A stretch of 63,313 bases of DNA, counting the filler, from Stramenopiles sp. TOSAG23-2 (taxonomy: Eukaryota), in assembly GCA_900128395.1 (NCBI GenBank). It is 9 parts of 9 records of this genome, joined end to end, with 100 filler letters (N's around TTAATTAATTAA, not from the genome) between each part and the next. Parts side by side here need not be neighbours in the genome. Positions count along the whole stretch, not along the records: positions 8,633 to 17,157 come from LT650194.1; positions 17,258 to 25,771 come from LT650195.1; 7 more parts are not named here. The stretch is one strand, 5' to 3'. Position 1 is the stretch's first letter; each line of letters begins with the position of its first letter. Shown here one piece after another: positions 11,790 to 24,344 of this stretch. The notes under the pieces are model-generated. The model was not told the DNA's origin. It did no database searches and worked only from the letters and a program-made list of their open reading frames with translations. The translations under genes were made by a program, and so were the position numbers.

Positions 11790-14700
11790 TTATAAATCTC
11801 TGTGTCTTTCTCTTTGAAGTTTTTCCATTTTCTTTCGATTTGCAGCAAGCTCTTTTTGATAACGATCAGCATTTCGTGCATTATTTGCACCGATTTGGTG
11901 CATCTGCATTTGAAGTTGGGCCAACATTCGCTGGTTTGTTACATCAACATTCATCTGATTTTGCAATTCTACTTCCTTTTCTTTTAATTTTCGTTCTTTA
12001 TCTATACGCTTTTCTTCCCTTCGACGCCTTTCAGATACATCATAATAATTTGGACATAGACTTTCATTTGCACGGGTATGTCCCACCCGTCCACAATTCC
12101 CACATTTAGTTATTCTCTTCTTTTTTGCAGGTGCATTTTGAACATGTCTACCATTTCTACTAGCGTCACGCGATCTTTTTGCTTGATTACGGTTATAAGG
12201 AGATGTACTTGGTGTAAATGCAGTAGGTTGCCGATAATTATTGTTATTATTATTGTTGATATTGTTTCGATTATAATTGTTATCATTACTGTTGATATGA
12301 TTACCATAATTGTTGTTATTATTATTGTTCATATTGTCATGATACTGGATAGCATTTGGAGCTCTACTTGGTGTAAATGTAGGAGTAGATACCATCGATT
12401 TTTTTCTACCACTTGCTCCATTTGCCATATGATACCTTCTACGTTGCATTTCACGTACATCATCAAGCTGTTTCTTAATTGGATTTTTCGTATTACAGAT
12501 TTGACATAAATCTAAGTTTGCTGGATTACTCAATGTGCACATTGGACAATCCCAATCATTGGTACTACTTTTCTTTGATGAAATTCCTCCTCGTTTTTTG
12601 TTATTATTAGCCTTCTGTGATGTTAATGAAGATGATGATGTTGCATCATTTGTTATGGAATGAACAACTGTTGACTGCGGCGTGTTGCATAATTCACATA
12701 TTGTATTCATGTTGGTATTTTCAAATGTGCATTTTGTGCATACCCACTTGCTTGTTGCATTTTCTTGTTCTTGGCTTTCATCAAGCAATTCAATAATCGA
12801 GCTATTGCCTTTAACGCTAGTAATAATTTTACCACCTTTATTGTCTTCACCTTCATCAATGCTTTGATCTTGGCTTAACAAATCAATAATAGAATGCTCT
12901 TGATCATCAATGTCATTTGCACCATGGCTATTTTCTTGACTTTGACTTTCATCTAATAGACTAATTACTCTGCCAGTAACTGGAACATTCTTTTGTAATT
13001 TAACATTTTGAATAGCCTTGGTCTGTAATTGATCGTATTTGAAAAGTTCTTCATCATCAACACTTGATTCACTTTGTTTCTCATACATGCTCTTAGCTGC
13101 TGGGCTGTCGTTATTATTGCGGTGATGGCTACTACTGGTAGCATTACACATTTGACAATATGCATGTGCTTCATTTGCATCGGTTTTTTTCACGAATAAA
13201 CACCCCTTTTACAACTTGCAAATACAAGTTGTAAAAGCGAAAGATATACTTTGGCACCATTTTCATGGTCTCCATTCTTTGCTCGATGCCACGTTGTTGT
13301 AAATCATTCAAATATGGTGGATTTGTTGACTTCCAAATTTCTTGCATAGTTTTGCCAAAATTTTTTACAGCATCTTGAACACCATGTATTACAATATGTT
13401 CAGGAACTTGTTTAGCAAATCCACCACCAGTAACATCAACACTACTCCATTTTGACAAATACTCAGTTGCAGAATATGTAGTACATGGAAGACACTGCCC
13501 TTTGATGTACGGTGCAGTTTTTATATTCTTTTTCAATTCATCATATGTCAATCTTTGTTCTAAACATGCATCTACCTTTTCGAATTCTCCCAAGTTCTGT
13601 ACTATTTGTGTCAATTGGGTAAGCCATTGAATGCTGCCAGTAAAGTGTTCTGTTCTAATTACCATGAATCCATATTCAATTACAATACGATCGATAACTT
13701 TCTGTAATTCGTTAATATTAGTATCATGTCTTTGAGTTAATTGCTTGCAAGTTCTGCATAATTTTGCGTTCTTGCATGTGCAAGTAGGGCCTTCAACTAA
13801 TAACAATCGCCTTGATACTTTACTTGCAATCATCCTGCAGATTTGACAACGATTGCCACTACAAGATCCAAGTCTTTTACCAGGTTGTGCACAGTTAAAT
13901 CTTGATTTCTTCCTTGAATTTGGCATGAGACTGGCAGCTAAGTCATCCCAAGTTTTACGTTCAATTATTACTTGCTGGACATATTCTTTTTGAGATGATC
14001 TTGTAGTAGTAGTAGTAGTAGTTGTTGTTGTACCGCTACCATTATTACTAACATGATTATTATTTCTACGCCGCACAAATACATAATCTCCAACAGGCAA
14101 CTTCCTGGTTTCACAATTAATACCTCTTAATTGACAATGATTTCCAATGTTATTCTGATATTGCCTATCCTCAAACTCATCAACTAAAAGTACAAGTGAT
14201 TGTTCATCATCTCTCCAAACTTTTATTTTATGACTTAACGATGATGCTTGAACATATGATATACGCCTATATGAAAAGTGGGGAGCGCGTAGGGATGCAG
14301 AACATTGTTGCTCTAAGCCAGACTTCTTGTAATAATTATCATATGCTTTAAAAAAATCCATGCAACTTTTTCCAATTTTTGCACCATGATCAGTAAGCAA
14401 AAAACGCCTGTTTGCAAAATTAGTTTCACCAACATTTGTATGATCTACTTCAATGAGATTTTTTCGTAACATTTCGTTTGGATTGAAGGCAGAGAAATTT
14501 GTTGCATGCGCCACATTAAAAAGATCTGCACGACAAAATTTTTGTGCTTCAAATTTTAAATCATCTTCCGATATAGCTTGTCCTAATGAATTTGCTAATG
14601 CGCATAAAATTGCAAAAGGTCCACTTTGAAATTGTGGGACGTATGAAAGGGCGTTCCTGTTTTTTCTCACTTCTTTTTTTATAGTGGCATCAAGATCCTT

Positions 14701-16512
14701 CCACCTTGTTGGTTGATGATTTCTTCTTGCAGCAACCATGTGATTATCCCTAAAACAATTGTCGCAACATGGCTCCTTGAAGAAAGAACAATTTCCAACT
14801 AAACACATATGTGTAAATGCCTTTTCATTACAAAAAAGACACCTTTTTACGTATGATATATTTGGGACTATACTATTATTATTGTTATTCCTCACATGGT
14901 TCATATTCATCATCATCATATTGCCATTGCTATTATTATAATTACGATTGTTGCTGTTGCTCATCATATTGTTATTGTTGACATTGCTTGTAGATGCATG
15001 ATTTATTCTATCACTGTTATTGTTATTGTTATTAATATTACCAATATAGTTACCATTCATCATCATCATATTGCCATTGCTATTATTATAATTACGATTG
15101 TCGCTGTTGCTCATCATGTTGTTATTGTTGAAATTGCTTGTAGATACATGATTTATTCTATCACTGTTATTGTTATTGATATTACCAATATAGTTACCAT
15201 TCATCATCATCATATTGTCATTATTATTATTATATATGTTATTATTAAAATTGTGCATCGTATTATAATTATTATTATTATTACCATAGTTTGTGCTCAT
15301 CATATTGCCATTGTTATTATTATAATTATGATCATTGTTGCCATAATTATCATTACTGGTGTTATTCATCATAATATTATGATTAATGTAATTGTTATCA
15401 TGTGCTGAAGCGGCGCCATTTCCATTTGTCACACCTCCATTGTTATAATCATTTGCATTTCTGTGGTGGTTTCTTTGAATAGGTGTTATTGGATTGTTAT
15501 TCAATTGATCAATATGATTGCCATAATTTCCATCTACTTTCCAGTCATCACAAAAGCAAAACATACAAAACGCATTTCTAACATCTTGCTCAGATTGACA
15601 AGAAACACAACTTGCTGTACTGTAGCTATTGGTTGGTCCATTGGGTGTATTTGGGACAGTAACATTTGTACTATTAATATAATTGCTACTTGTTGCATAT
15701 CTTCTATCTCTGCTTCTGTTGCTGCCACTTCCATTATAATCATTGTTACTGCTACTCTGCCTGTTGTTGTTATTATCAAATGCCTGTGTAACCTTTTGCA
15801 TTTTAAGTTTGTGTGACTCTGATTTGGACTTTACAAAGAAGGTAATAGCATCGCGATGCTGATTTGATATTTGCAGCCAACTTTGATAATGTGCTTTGTA
15901 CATCCTCCAGAGTGTGGGTATCCTTTTACCATCATTTGTTTTTGGTTTGAAGGAACTTCGTGCTCTTCTATGCAACTTGTTACAACTTGAAATAAAATTG
16001 TACATTCCATTCATACTCTGAAATTCAGGAACATTGAAATGCTCAGTTGCATACCTTTTGCTCCTTTGAATTAAATTCTTGATTTGGCACATTGTGATCA
16101 TCCTTTGCTTTGTGCTTTCTTTATCCCAATTGGATGCACCACCACCAGCAATAGCATATTCACCAACAAACATACATATGTTATTTTCACTACGTTGTAC
16201 TTCAGGTATTTTTTCTATGACATTCATATCGTTTAAGACTGCTGTGCAGATTGCAGAAAACTCAGGATTACTGCATGTTTCCAATATATCACCATTGTGT
16301 ACACCACCTGCTGCCAATGTCTGTCCTGGTCTAAGCAAATTGCCATGTATATATATGCCATGATTATCATTTCTATCTAAGTATCTTAATAATACTTCAC
16401 CGACTGTGGTATTAGATTGCAATGGAGGTAAATTCACCAGTTTTCTTGGGTATGTCAATGCAACTGTTGGTCTCAACTTTAAATTGCTGATTTGTGTTGA
16501 GCCACGATGCAT
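11790..16512 (-). CDS. MUS81-like structure-specific endonuclease, split by a 1-nt frameshift in an A7 run (13184-13190): Ubl-like N-terminus, Asn/Met-rich LCR, B-box-like, winged helix, ERCC4, EME1-like ERCC4, SIMs, 2x RanBP2/NZF fingers, zinc knuckle, coiled coil
   Basis: MUS81 winged helix YVPQFQSGPFAILCAL..AQKFC..FLLTDHG. ERCC4 LLVD..LPVGDYVF..IIERKTWDDLAAS. ORFs 13171-16512 and 11790-13193 overlap and join as ..GVFIREKTDANEAHAY if one A is removed. WVCTKCTFEN, WDCPMCTLSN, CGNCGRVGHTR..CP. Confidence 0.75.
14900..15230 (-). repeat. Coding tandem repeat (about 2.3 copies of a roughly 150-bp unit) encoding NYNNSNGNMMMMNGNYIGNINNNN-SDRINH
   Basis: catcatcatcatattgccattgctattattataattacgattg recurs at about 14908 and 15058. 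Further partial copy at about 15190-15220. Confidence 0.85.
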
Positions 16513-17257
16513 GATTAGTTTCTATGTTGTACAAGTTTAATGTAATCTTTGTTCCTTTATAAAATGATACTATTCTTATAAATGAATCACATTTAGATCT
16601 ATATCTATCTATCTAGAATCTCTCTCTTGTATTTTTTTAATTTGTTTTTTAGTTTGTTTGTGATTTTATTTTAATTTATTATTATTTGTAGGCTAATGGT
16701 GGTATGTACATGCTAAAAAATCAAGATTATTTATCTTTTTTTTTTATTATATTTATTATTTATTTAACATCAAGGATCGCGCCAAATGGACATAGCTAAT
16801 AGTATCATAAGAATAGCACTATGAAAATGTCGAATGCGTTTTATGATAGCTACCATGATACAGGTACCTCAGTATGGCACATTGTTGAGCTGCTTGAGTA
16901 TTATAATAAATAGCATCAGTATGCACGTTAACGTATGATATATTAATATTATTTATAGCAGGCCACAGCAGGCTGGCTGGGCTGGCAGGCCCAGTCTGTG
17001 CATTAATTACTTCCGATAAATTTAGCGCTACACAGCACTAAAAACAAGATTTCAGGTGAAAATATTTATCGGAAGTTCCAAACTGACAATTATTGTATAT
17101 AATAATTTTATAAAATACAAAATATCCGAATAATTTATGATATAATTTATATCTAATNNNNNNNNNNNNNNNNNNNNNNNNNNNNNNNNNNNNNNNNNNN
17201 NTTAATTAATTAANNNNNNNNNNNNNNNNNNNNNNNNNNNNNNNNNNNNNNNNNNNN

Positions 17258-17725
17258 GAGATTACAATGCGTGCTTTATTTCTTCTTCTTGGCTCAGACT
17301 TGGAAGATTTATTAACATGGCAGAATATCCTTACTGAGATGAATCATACTGGTAGAGATAGCTTGAAGCGTCGAATTTCGACATTTGATGCAAATAAAGT
17401 CCCCAAACAAACTATAGAAAGAGTAGCAATGCTAATTTTAAGTGTTGATGGAATGCATATTCGACAAAAAAGCGAAGGAGCCGCAGTATTCTACAGATGG
17501 GTTCTACAACATGTGGACAACTCATTTGAAATATTGAAGGAAAAAGGAATACGTGAAGCGAGAAAAGCACCTGTTCCTAGCTATACATTATGGAAAAATC
17601 AGCAGGGTGTGGACCAAGTAAATGGCAATGAATCAGATTCTAGCGAGGATAGTTATCATGTAGAAGGTCATTTTGCAGAGTTACATGCACTTGCAGATGA
17701 GACAAATTTACATAAATTATTGTAA
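17258..17725 (+). CDS. 5'-truncated protein ending in a dynein microtubule-binding-domain-like region with an acidic tail
   Basis: MRALFLLLG...W.....SLKRRISTFD..KV......IRQKSEGAAVFYRWV resembles the dynein stalk MTBD. The frame is open to the contig edge. Confidence 0.55.
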   Translation, partial: EITMRALFLLLGSDLEDLLTWQNILTEMNHTGRDSLKRRISTFDANKVPKQTIERVAMLILSVDGMHIRQKSEGAAVFYRWVLQHVDNSFEILKEKGIREARKAPVPSYTLWKNQQGVDQVNGNESDSSEDSYHVEGHFAELHALADETNLHKLL

Positions 17726-18209
17726 AAAAAAAGAAATATGTACGCTTCGTAAAATAATACGAAGTTCGAGTAATATCAATATGCATTATATGATTATAAT
17801 ATGTATATTGCATTTACACCGAACGTTTTTTAAATAATATAAATAAATATTATGCTTCTCACACAAACACGCGGTGGACGTCGGGTATATTTATACGACT
17901 TCGTATTATATTTTTGTACTGCCTTATTCATCATTATATATATATATTATATACTACTCTCATTTTCATATTCTTCACACATGTGGTTCAATATATGTGA
18001 GGCAAAAGAATTTCAGCCGTCATACACAGCAGGCACTAAAAAAAAGCCGTGAAGATATAGGAAAATATAAGTACAATAAAATAGTATACTCTAGCATGTT
18101 TTAAATATAATATAAAAAATAAATATTAATTTATTATTTTATGATTAAAATTAATTTATTATTTATATTATTTTACCAGTATTTTTTTGATTATGTTGTC
18201 GCTTACCGC

Positions 18210-20006
18210 TTACTCACCAGAATCATCATACCCATCTAATGTTCTTAATATATCATGAGTGTCTGTACTTATTGAAAATTCATCAGGTGCACCACGTTTT
18301 GTTCTAATTTTAATTTCACTTTCAGTTTCTGCTAAATTGTAACATTCAGCATATTCTTTCTTTGGATTCCATTTCCAATGTAAATCGTTGCCATCTATTT
18401 TCTCAGCAAATATAACACCAACCAACCATGTATTTCTCTTACAATCCATTCGATCTTTTATGCCATTAATTGTATGGAACTCTTTCTCATTACCAACTTT
18501 ATAAAACTCGCCTTTTTTATACGGATTTTTGAAGGGCGGTTTCCAAATTTTAACAAGGTCGTAACATATTATAAGATTATTAATACGTGTTTCTTGCGGT
18601 ATTTCTTCATCTGGTAATGGAGAACAAAAGATCTTGCCAACAGTCAATGAATCACGGAACAATGTTTTTTCTTCGGTATTTTTTCCGTAACGCGGACCAT
18701 TAAATCGTTTCAGTGGACCAGTGTATGACTTATTTTGGCAAGTTTCCCGTCCATTCATGTCATTGCCTAAAACAATGTTTGGCCAGCAGTTATCTATGCA
18801 TACACATATACGTCTGCTGCAATAAAGTACATCACCTTCACGATTTATAAACATATCAAGTAAATTGGAACCTGGTATGGCAAAATTTTTTGGTTTAATT
18901 GCTCTATCAGATAGTAGAACAACATCTTTGTACTTACCGCTGTCTTCAGCAATTAATTTATTAAATTGCTTTTTACCATATTCAATATATAATATGGTGA
19001 CATGATCGATAGTACATTCACGGCGTATTGCATAATCTATTGTTGGTGTTGGTTGTTTATACTGATTATGTGCTAACTTGAAGTATTCCCATGCAAGATT
19101 TACAGTTTTTACACCATCAACGTTAAAAGTCTCTGGTAATGTAAGATTAAGTTTTGCCATTTTATTTTTGAAAACGAAGCCAAAACTATCATGCGGCCCT
19201 TTAAATTTGCTTACAATTGCTAATAAATGAAGAAAACGTATTCCGTACAGTTTAAACAGTTGGGCAAAATATTCAAATGCTTTACAGCCACGATATTGAG
19301 CTCTGCAACCATCAGTCAATAAAAACAAAATTGCATCTTCTTTCTTAATACCATTTGCGTGTAAATATTTCAGAAAAAATTCAATAATTTTACAAATAAA
19401 TGGAAAATGGAATTGAGCATTGTTGTCTTTGCCTTTGGATGATGTGTGACCAATACCATAAAAAACTTCTGTTTGATAATCTAGTTTTTTATAGTTTACG
19501 CCTGTTTTTTTATCTTTGACCGTCACTATCTTTGGATCATATATCAAAACACCTACTTCCAAAACAGCACCATTACTTGTTGAACAAACTAAATTATCTT
19601 GATTGGTAAAGACAATTCCAGCAGCAAAATCCATTAGCAATTTGCCGTGTCCTTTTTGCATCATCATTGTTGCTAATTTAACGTTTGCCAACCAATGACT
19701 GTACTCCCAATAATGAGCCATATAACAAAGAATGGTCTTGCGCAAATTTTCAAATAATTCTTTCACTGTCATTTTAACATCACGCATTTCTATTACTTCA
19801 TATCCGCATTCACGTGCAAATTTAACATACATACGAGCCGTAACTTTTCGATTTGATGCTTCTTGACGCTTGCAAAATTTCAAGTTGTTAATTTGACATT
19901 CTTCACATGCTGGTGTATGTGGTAACCATTCATTTGCATTTTCCATTGTTTTTGCTGTTACCGTCGCTGTTGAATTTGTCGTTGTTTCTGTTTCTCCATC
20001 ATTTGG

Positions 20007-20042
<36 letters not shown>

Positions 20043-21773
20043 ACGACGTTTTTTTCTTGGGCGCCCACGTCTGCGTTTAGCACCATTTGCACCATTATTC
20101 ATTGCTTGTTGTAATGCATCTGATGATGGATCTTTACCAGGTCCATGATATTGTTTGCAAAATAACTTCCCATGTTGACATTTACCTTCTTGCTTATGTA
20201 TACAACATCTGTAGCGATACAGCCAAACTTCTCCTGTATTTACTTCCCCATCTTCATTACCTGGGAGGGGTGACACACCTTCATATTCTTTATGTCGTGT
20301 TTTACAGCAAAACAATTTACGGATACCTTCTAAACCTCCACTCAAAAGATTGGTTATTTCATTATTACAACCACATGTGCATGTGCCTTGGAATTCTTTA
20401 CATTGTTGCAAATTCATATATGCATATTGCAGACTCATCATTGTTGCATCAATAGAATCGCGACAAGATCGCAAATCTGGCGGTTGCATACACTTACAAT
20501 ATCCATTCATAAATGTATCAACACCTAATGTTTTGTTTCTGTCGGTAAAATTCACTTTAAATTCATTTGACTTCTTAAACGCTTCCAAATATTCAGCACC
20601 TGTTTACAGCAATAAATGTTTCATATGCCGTCTCTTTTTACCTGTTTCTGGACAAGAACATGAATATGTACCGCCATTAGAGTCTTCACGGGTATTTTCC
20701 AACATCCAGTTATTTATTATACGCAAATCGACTTTATCACTTCGGATTTCACGTTCACAACGTTCATTTATTAAAGCGTCTAGGGACCGCGTATCAACGC
20801 CGTATGCAGCCATACTTGTGAATAAAAGACTCTTTATGGTAATATTTTGTTTTCTAATATTAAAAAATTCACATGCTTCTGCAATACTGGTAAACTGTTT
20901 ATTGATATATAACAGTTCTACAATAACTTTTAGCGTTTCTTGCATAATTTTTGCAGTCTTAGTTACATTCCCCCCTTTCTCTGGAGTGAGCATTGCCCAA
21001 AGCTCTTTAATAGCAACATAATCAGTTCCAACATCTTTTTTATTATTATTTGATCGTCTTGTCTGCGCCGATTTAAATGAACGTAAGGAACGTTTAATAG
21101 CTTCACTTATTTCCGCCTTTTTTGCTGCTTTATCTGCACGCTCTGCTGCTTTATCTGCACGGTCCGTTGCTAGTTGCGAATGCAGCATTATTTTTAACAA
21201 GAGTGCTTCTATGTCTAATAAATTTCCACGCGTCATTACCGGTATTACTCTATTTGGAGCTTTTGATGTACTACTACTACTACTTGAACTACTATTTTTT
21301 TTGCCGTTGGTATTATTATTTTTTTTTAATTTCTCTATATGCTTATGCTCTTTCAAAGCGCAGGCATTACATACTTTTATTGCGTTATCAATTGGACTAG
21401 TTGCTACTACTTTCTTTTTAACATTTGACGATACATCTTTCCATTTTTTACTTTTTATTGTTTGTTTTGCTTCGTCCCGTGTTATCATTTCTACACCACA
21501 TGCTACTTTTCTATCATCATTAAAAACGGTTGACGGACATAAACCTTTATTAACTTTCAAATGTATTACTGGTTTGATTTCACCTGATTCTTCTTGTTTA
21601 ACACGAGACTCTTTCATATCTTCATCAATATCTCTTTCTATAAATGTTAGTATATCACTAGCTTCATTTATACATTGTTTCTCTTCATTATATGTGTCGT
21701 TTGATTTGCAATGTTTCTTCAATAAACTTGTAAGCGATAGTGCAAACTCAATTTTAAAGCGTTCAATACTCAT
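18210..21773 (-). pseudogene. Sola2-type DDD transposase (about 1,187 codons) interrupted by one in-frame TAA at 20604-20606
   Basis: LLMDFA, FLLTDGCRAQYRG and KFKGPHDSFGFVFK match Sola2 DF-, DG..QYK, HGKGP.DG motifs. AT-hook RRRGRPRKK. The two ORFs are in one frame: HLLL*TGAEYLEAFKK. Confidence 0.8.
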
Positions 21774-21780
21774 ATTATAT

Positions 21781-22206
21781 AAAAATAATAATGCAAACCA
21801 GACGGCACGTGTATACTCTAATAACTCTTAGCGGGACGTCGCGGTACACGATGCGACAGTTACATTATGTTTCTAAAAATGTATATTGCCCTTCTAATGC
21901 TAAGTTTGCGTTGTGGAACTTTGATGAAAGATGACTTTTATGTATCTACAGATTTCTACAATTTATGTATTATTTGTTGTCGTAGTAGTGATAAAAATAA
22001 TAATCAAAATTAAACAACGGCACATGTATACACTAATAACTTTTGGGAGGCTACGGGAGGCAAGATGCGACAGTTATATTATGTTTCTATACATATATAT
22101 TGCCCTTCTAATGCTAAGTTTGCGCTTGGGAAATCTTGGGAAAGATAACTTTTATGTATGTAAAGATTTCTACGCTTCGTGTATGTGTTGGTTGTCGTTG
22201 TAGTGA
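21781..22206 (+). repeat. Two diverged tandem copies of an approximately 213-bp unit in the transposon 5' subterminal region
   Basis: acggcac.tgtatac, gatgcgacagtta and tattgcccttctaatgctaagtttgcg each occur twice, about 213 bp apart. Confidence 0.9.
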
Positions 22207-22708
22207 TATTACATGTATATATGTGTATAAATTATGCAATATTATTATTATTGGTCAATCGGTCTTCTAAATGCCAATAATCGAGGCAATATTTTGGGTA
22301 GAATATGGTATTAAATTGTACTTAAAGAATACTAATTAAAATGCTATGTATATAATTGTGTGCCTACCATGCTGTGGCGGCCTATTCACGGGTCATGACG
22401 GCTGAAATTCTTTTGCCTCGTGCCTTATATTTATTGATGCATATGAACATTATGAGATGATATCAAGCTTCTGTTGATGAAAAATGGGTATTATATGGAG
22501 GCGGAGAAAGAAAAATGTATGATACCCGAGTATTATTCATTAGAATCCTCACCAAATTCACATTTTAATGAATAACAAAACACTATTATATCATAAAAAA
22601 AACGTGCACATTTTATCATATTAATATATAAATTGCTTTTTGGATGTCCTGGCATGTTTATATATTTTAAATGTAATATATATACATTTATAATACCCAC
22701 ATTTTTTT

Positions 22709-23932
22709 TCACAAATCACTTTGTTCTACATTTACTTCTTCTTTGCCATCAACACACTTCATCTTCATCTTTTTTTCTTTATCAAATTTCTTCGATTTCA
22801 ACATTTTCTTATTCTCCACACCCTTACGATGTTTTCTCTTTTTTTTTCTCCTTCTCCTATTTTTATTACCATTTCCATTAAATTGTTTATGCATTTCTCC
22901 ATCTAAAAAATTGCTAAATTCTCGCGATTTATCACAAGTAAACCAAAAACTAAGTACATACCGAGTGCCAGACTTTACAACATTAACACGATGTGGATTT
23001 TCACGTCCAGATCCAAATACTATTAACCGTCCTGGTACTGGTGCAACCACTAGGGAGGGATCGCCAATAATTTTACATGGTCCAGGATGTTCTTTATCAA
23101 TAAATGGCATACAATCCAAATGATCATATTTGTAAAATTCTAAGCTGCCACCTGTAAAATCTTTGTCCTGCTCACTTAAATATATTAAACCAGAATAATC
23201 ATAATGCTTTGTATTGTTTTTATCTGAATGCACATGCCAATATTCATCATGCATTGTTTTTGCTTTCCAATTGCTATCACCGATTTCCCTGGTAATAAAT
23301 GTCGGTGCAGTGAAATATAGTTTTGATAAATGAAATTTTGTTTCAATAAATTTTTTTATCTTCGTTGTTACACGACGATAAAGATCATATTCTTCTTGTG
23401 TATAGATTTGCCCATTGCTATATATACTAGTTGGTCGATGAGAGCCACTTGGCAATACATACCCGGAATTTACATCCATTATTGTCGGCCCGGCTGGTGG
23501 AAGTAGTGCTGATTTATCGTTACTCTTTTTCTTCATTGTGGACTTTGTATATGTATTCATACCACGGTCAGCCATGGATAACAAGGTAGAAATTTCTTTT
23601 CCATTTAGAAAATTGTCTGTTACAATTCGATCGCACATACCACCTTTATGGGGTCTGCAAAACGCTGCAGCATTGTCGCTATCAACAATATTATTGCTGT
23701 TTGATTGGATCAAGTTCGCATCGTCATCTTTTTCGTAATGCGCAGAGCATTTTATTGGCCATGTTTGCTCCCGATTTATTTTTTCAGTTGTCACGCGTAC
23801 GATGTGACCATTATCGTCTTGTATATGCAAAGGAGTAGGAATTGCAACTGTATGATTCAATAATACCAATAATATACCAAATATGAATCTTATTAGACGT
23901 TTGTGATGTCGTAAGGTATGATAATGCATCAT
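22709..23932 (-). CDS. 2-oxoglutarate/Fe(II) dioxygenase, OGFOD3-like, with N-terminal signal/TM and basic C-terminal tail
   Basis: PTFITR..HDEYWHVHSDK..YSGLIYLS..DFTGG..P.PGRL..F.SG.EN.HRV..G.RY. HxD...H triad present. First ATG at 23932. Confidence 0.85.
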   Translation of the reverse strand: MMHYHTLRHHKRLIRFIFGILLVLLNHTVAIPTPLHIQDDNGHIVRVTTEKINREQTWPIKCSAHYEKDDDANLIQSNSNNIVDSDNAAAFCRPHKGGMCDRIVTDNFLNGKEISTLLSMADRGMNTYTKSTMKKKSNDKSALLPPAGPTIMDVNSGYVLPSGSHRPTSIYSNGQIYTQEEYDLYRRVTTKIKKFIETKFHLSKLYFTAPTFITREIGDSNWKAKTMHDEYWHVHSDKNNTKHYDYSGLIYLSEQDKDFTGGSLEFYKYDHLDCMPFIDKEHPGPCKIIGDPSLVVAPVPGRLIVFGSGRENPHRVNVVKSGTRYVLSFWFTCDKSREFSNFLDGEMHKQFNGNGNKNRRRRKKKRKHRKGVENKKMLKSKKFDKEKKMKMKCVDGKEEVNVEQSDL

Positions 23933-24344
23933 TTGATTGCCCAATTGTATAATTTTGTTAGAAAAATGTCAATGTTGGCGGTGTGTAAATGTTTGGAAAT
24001 TTTTTGTTTATATTGATTGTGTTATTGCTATAATACAATCAAATAAAATAATGTGTGGCATTTCCATCAGATTGCGATTCAGATGATCTCTTCTGTGAAT
24101 TTAGGTACGAAGAAAATCAAAACCATCCCCAAAATTCCGGAATTTTGGGGATAAAAATTCTGGGGGTGCTCAATCAGACTTTTAAAACTCTATATAATAC
24201 TTGCTCGATACCAGGCGAATAGCAATGGAAAATACCTGTGAGAAATCAAAACCATCGCCAAAAAGTGAACTTTTGGACATGCTTTGCAATAAAGCACCTC
24301 CACATTCCGAATAACAGGTGAATAGCAGGAAAAGCGGGACAGAT

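Larger units (their letters stand above)
17999..22419 (-). mobile_element. Sola2-like DNA transposon, 4,421 bp, with perfect 25-bp TIRs GAGGCAAAAGAATTTCAGCCGTCAT
   Basis: TIRs at 17999-18023 and 22395-22419 are exact reverse complements. Termini GAG...CTC match the 5'-GRG reported for Sola2. They enclose a DDD transposase. No clean TSD (atgt vs gtgc). Confidence 0.85.

Noticed and set aside
9793-13193. Functional cluster of SUMO E1 next to a SIM-containing nuclease
   Set aside because: Convergent eukaryotic genes; a single adjacency without synteny evidence is likely chance.
20604-20606. Stop-codon reassignment (TAA read as sense)
   Set aside because: TAA ends several conserved genes here (NhaA fusion, IDI-SQS, the receptor), and long ORFs have no internal TAA.
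11750-21831. Plus-strand Ile/Leu/His-rich ORFs (e.g. 12078-12509, 14896-15408, 20350-21021, 21211-21831)
   Set aside because: Antisense shadows of low-complexity minus-strand coding sequence.
21781-22206. CRISPR array or LTRs
   Set aside because: Only two long, diverged, adjacent units inside a DNA transposon; no repeat-spacer pattern or cas genes anywhere in the window.
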